From the sequence record MT446408.1: a stretch of DNA of 64,000 nucleotides. The stretch is one strand, 5' to 3'. The notes below the pieces were generated by a model. That model saw nothing but the letters and a program-made list of their open reading frames with translations, had not been told where the DNA came from and made no database searches. Below, piece after piece: positions 62,039 to 64,000 of the stretch. This DNA comes from Escherichia virus TH35. The first letter of the stretch is position 1. Every line of letters begins with the position of its first letter. The translations under genes and the position numbers were made by a program.

Positions 62039-62274
62039 TGCACCTCTGTTATTCCGGTAATTCGAACGATGACGGTGTCATCCAAATTGAACTGCTGCCG
62101 CGCGACGCGTTTGATGTCGTCCTTAAGGTCAGAAATCAACTCCCTTGTTAACACTGTACGCTCTGAAACGTCATATTGAACGTCAAAGGTATACTCGCCA
62201 TAGAATACCGCGCCATTCGGAAGTTGCACGACATAGAATGCCATATACATAGCGTTGATATAATCTTCCATCAT
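62035..62274 (-). CDS. hypothetical protein (79 aa)
   Basis: start set at ATG 62274 (ATGA overlap with upstream stop); track ORF extends to 62385 into the upstream gene. Confidence 0.4.
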   Translation of the reverse strand: MMEDYINAMYMAFYVVQLPNGAVFYGEYTFDVQYDVSERTVLTRELISDLKDDIKRVARQQFNLDDTVIVRITGITEVQ

Positions 62275-62618
62275 ACATTCTCCACGGGTCGACGGATGAG
62301 TTTGCGTAATCCTTCGGGCCATACCTTCTTGATCACGGCTTTCGCTGGGCTGGATGAAAGTTTCTTCAGCTTCAATAGGACACATCCTTCATCATCGTTC
62401 GGTTGTACCTGGATAACGACGCGCGCTTGTCGGTCGATGACCATGACATCGCCAATGCGAATGTCTTTTACCAACACGCCCATCTCCTTCGTGCCGGATA
62501 CGCCGTTGATGTGATCAAAACCTTTTCGCAGCGACTTCACTCTTTCTTCTCCTGCCATTTCTCTGACACGTTTCTTAATCTCTGCGCCAAACAACACTTC
62601 GTCTTTAACATGAGCCAT
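62271..62618 (-). CDS. hypothetical protein (115 aa)
   Basis: ORF. Confidence 0.45.
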   Translation of the reverse strand: MAHVKDEVLFGAEIKKRVREMAGEERVKSLRKGFDHINGVSGTKEMGVLVKDIRIGDVMVIDRQARVVIQVQPNDDEGCVLLKLKKLSSSPAKAVIKKVWPEGLRKLIRRPVENV

Positions 62619-63099
62619 GGTCGAGTACCTTATAAAGAGTGCAAGAAGGACTGTTGAATTCCCTTAATGCGTAAGCCACGTTCAAGCTGCCAGGTTCTTT
62701 CTTTGCGTTTGTCACTTCCATGTGTTGGCAGCCGTTTATACTGTATCGTCTTACTACAACAGCATTGAAAATCTGACTGCCGTAATAGACGCAGACGATA
62801 ACATCACCGACTTCTATTTTATCAGCCGGAACAGGCTTAAGGCGCGGCTTTTTATCAACATAAGTCTTGATAGGAGCTTGTACGCAACGAGATTGATGGT
62901 AAATAGGTCTTGTTGCACCCTTGACGTTGCGCTTCAGCAATTCATCAATGGCATAGTCAACATCATCACTTTCGAACTGCTTCATAATGAAGCCTCTTAC
63001 CTTTACGCGAAGTTTAACATCTGCTTCTGCACGTCTCAATGCGTGTAAAATTTCTTTAGCTTCTTCTTTCTTTAACATTAAAGGGCGATGGATGATCAT
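62605..63099 (-). CDS. hypothetical protein (164 aa)
   Basis: ORF with GAGG RBS. Confidence 0.5.
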   Translation of the reverse strand: MIIHRPLMLKKEEAKEILHALRRAEADVKLRVKVRGFIMKQFESDDVDYAIDELLKRNVKGATRPIYHQSRCVQAPIKTYVDKKPRLKPVPADKIEVGDVIVCVYYGSQIFNAVVVRRYSINGCQHMEVTNAKKEPGSLNVAYALREFNSPSCTLYKVLDHGSC

Positions 63100-63101
63100 A
63101 A

Positions 63102-63257
63102 TTAACCTCTGATTTGTGACACAAAACGTTTATAATGTTCTTTGGCTAGGACGCGTGCACGCTCTTTCGTATGGCCGCTGGCTTCAAGTACGCGACGAAG
63201 CTGCTTGATTGCATCCGCCTTACTGATTTTATTATCGCTAAATTGATATTTATTCAT
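63102..63257 (-). CDS. small hypothetical basic protein (51 aa)
   Basis: found in 63100-63253 gap; ATG 63257 overlaps upstream stop (ATGA); MNKYQFSDNKISKADAIKQLRR... Confidence 0.35.
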   Translation of the reverse strand: MNKYQFSDNKISKADAIKQLRRVLEASGHTKERARVLAKEHYKRFVSQIRG

Positions 63258-63475
63258 GCTTCACAAGCCGCCTTAATTTGACGTGGAGTAACGATGACCA
63301 CTTCACCAACCATTGACTTGTCATCTTCTTTTACTGTATCGATTCTTACACGGTAATGATTGCGACCGCGAGAATCGGTAAGGTATTCATCCAGCTCAAG
63401 GATGGTGCCCGCACGCATGTGCTGTCCTGACACCCAACGGATACGGTCGCCAGCCTTAAGGGTTTTCTTGCTCAT
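63254..63475 (-). CDS. hypothetical protein (73 aa)
   Basis: start set at ATG 63475 (MSKKTLKAGDRIRW...); track ORF to 63640 overlaps the upstream gene. Confidence 0.4.
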   Translation of the reverse strand: MSKKTLKAGDRIRWVSGQHMRAGTILELDEYLTDSRGRNHYRVRIDTVKEDDKSMVGEVVIVTPRQIKAACEA

Positions 63476-63482
63476 CTTCAAC

Positions 63483-63761
63483 TCACTTATAATATTTAAA
63501 CATTGCCGCGCAGAAGTCTTGCATGGCATTCTTAATGTGCTTCTTAAACAACGGGTCGTGCATATTTTCGACATTGGTCTTGAGTCGCACATGACCGACG
63601 ACCTCAAACGCAGTCGCTGGCATAGGTTCATAGATGTCATAATCGTTCAAGATTATATCGATATTTGGATTGGAAATCACGCAATAGTTTTTACCAGCAG
63701 TAAATTGGTCATCAATGGATGATGTGCACTTGACAAAGAACACTTTGTATGTAGTAATCAT
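63483..63761 (-). CDS. hypothetical protein (92 aa)
   Basis: ORF, ATGA-coupled with 63758-63967. Confidence 0.45.
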   Translation of the reverse strand: MITTYKVFFVKCTSSIDDQFTAGKNYCVISNPNIDIILNDYDIYEPMPATAFEVVGHVRLKTNVENMHDPLFKKHIKNAMQDFCAAMFKYYK

Positions 63762-63967
63762 AGCGAGTCCTTCGGGCCGCAGTAGCGCCCGTCCAGGTAG
63801 CGGTCGTATTGGATTAAAGCGAATGTCTTCAATGAAAGGTTACGGCGCTTAAACAGGTGACCCGTTGATGGATTCTGCTCGTGCGCCGTTGGATAAAGGC
63901 GTGACAGGTAGTGGATGAGGACTTGTAAAGCCCTACGTTGCTTTGTTATTCTCCCTTGTGTATTCAT
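63758..63967 (-). CDS. hypothetical basic protein (69 aa)
   Basis: ORF near window end. Confidence 0.4.
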   Translation of the reverse strand: MNTQGRITKQRRALQVLIHYLSRLYPTAHEQNPSTGHLFKRRNLSLKTFALIQYDRYLDGRYCGPKDSL

Positions 63968-64000
63968 GGCTGAATCTACCCTCTGTCAATATCCGGTCGT

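Noticed and set aside
1-64000. Prophage integration features (integrase, att sites) or genome termini
   Set aside because: No integrase- or recombinase-like ORF recognised and no long terminal direct repeat visible within the window; termini cannot be determined from this sequence alone.

Overview
The window is a contiguous ~64 kb segment of a tailed dsDNA bacteriophage genome, probably most of the genome, with a contractile (myovirus-like) tail and a Gram-negative host inferred from Rz/Rz1-type spanins and lipobox/signal peptides. All calls rest on manual motif reading of the supplied six-frame ORF track; no database search or alignment was run. Layout: (i) 1-17.97 kb, forward strand: DNA replication and nucleotide metabolism (Dda/RecD-like helicase, ThyX-like thymidylate synthase, HAD phosphatase, SDR and FAD oxidoreductases, DnaQ-like exonuclease plus DnaE-type polymerase, VRR-NUC nuclease, SNF2 helicase, MazG-like protein, ATP-dependent DNA ligase), with the spanin pair embedded. 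(ii) 18.0-46.6 kb, reverse strand: GH19 endolysin, tail fiber, baseplate, tape measure with lytic transglycosylase domain, tube, sheath, capsid, scaffold, MuF-like protein, portal and large terminase. (iii) 46.7-52.1 kb, forward: small proteins and a second tail fiber with a C-terminal intramolecular chaperone domain. (iv) 52.2-55.2 kb: a compositionally atypical island with three paralogous small genes. (v) 55.2-64.0 kb, reverse: about 24 small early-type genes. No rRNA, tRNA, CRISPR array or integrase was recognised. The most unusual signals are the CAG/CTG-depleted, CpG-rich island with duplicated promoters and a covarying 5' UTR stem-loop; an oriented array of ATAGTGCAAAT motifs; two iteron-like regions sharing a 21-mer; a portal gene carrying an inorganic-pyrophosphatase-like C-terminal domain; and a redox/nucleotide enzyme cluster including a ThyX-like protein with an RTR rather than RHR motif.
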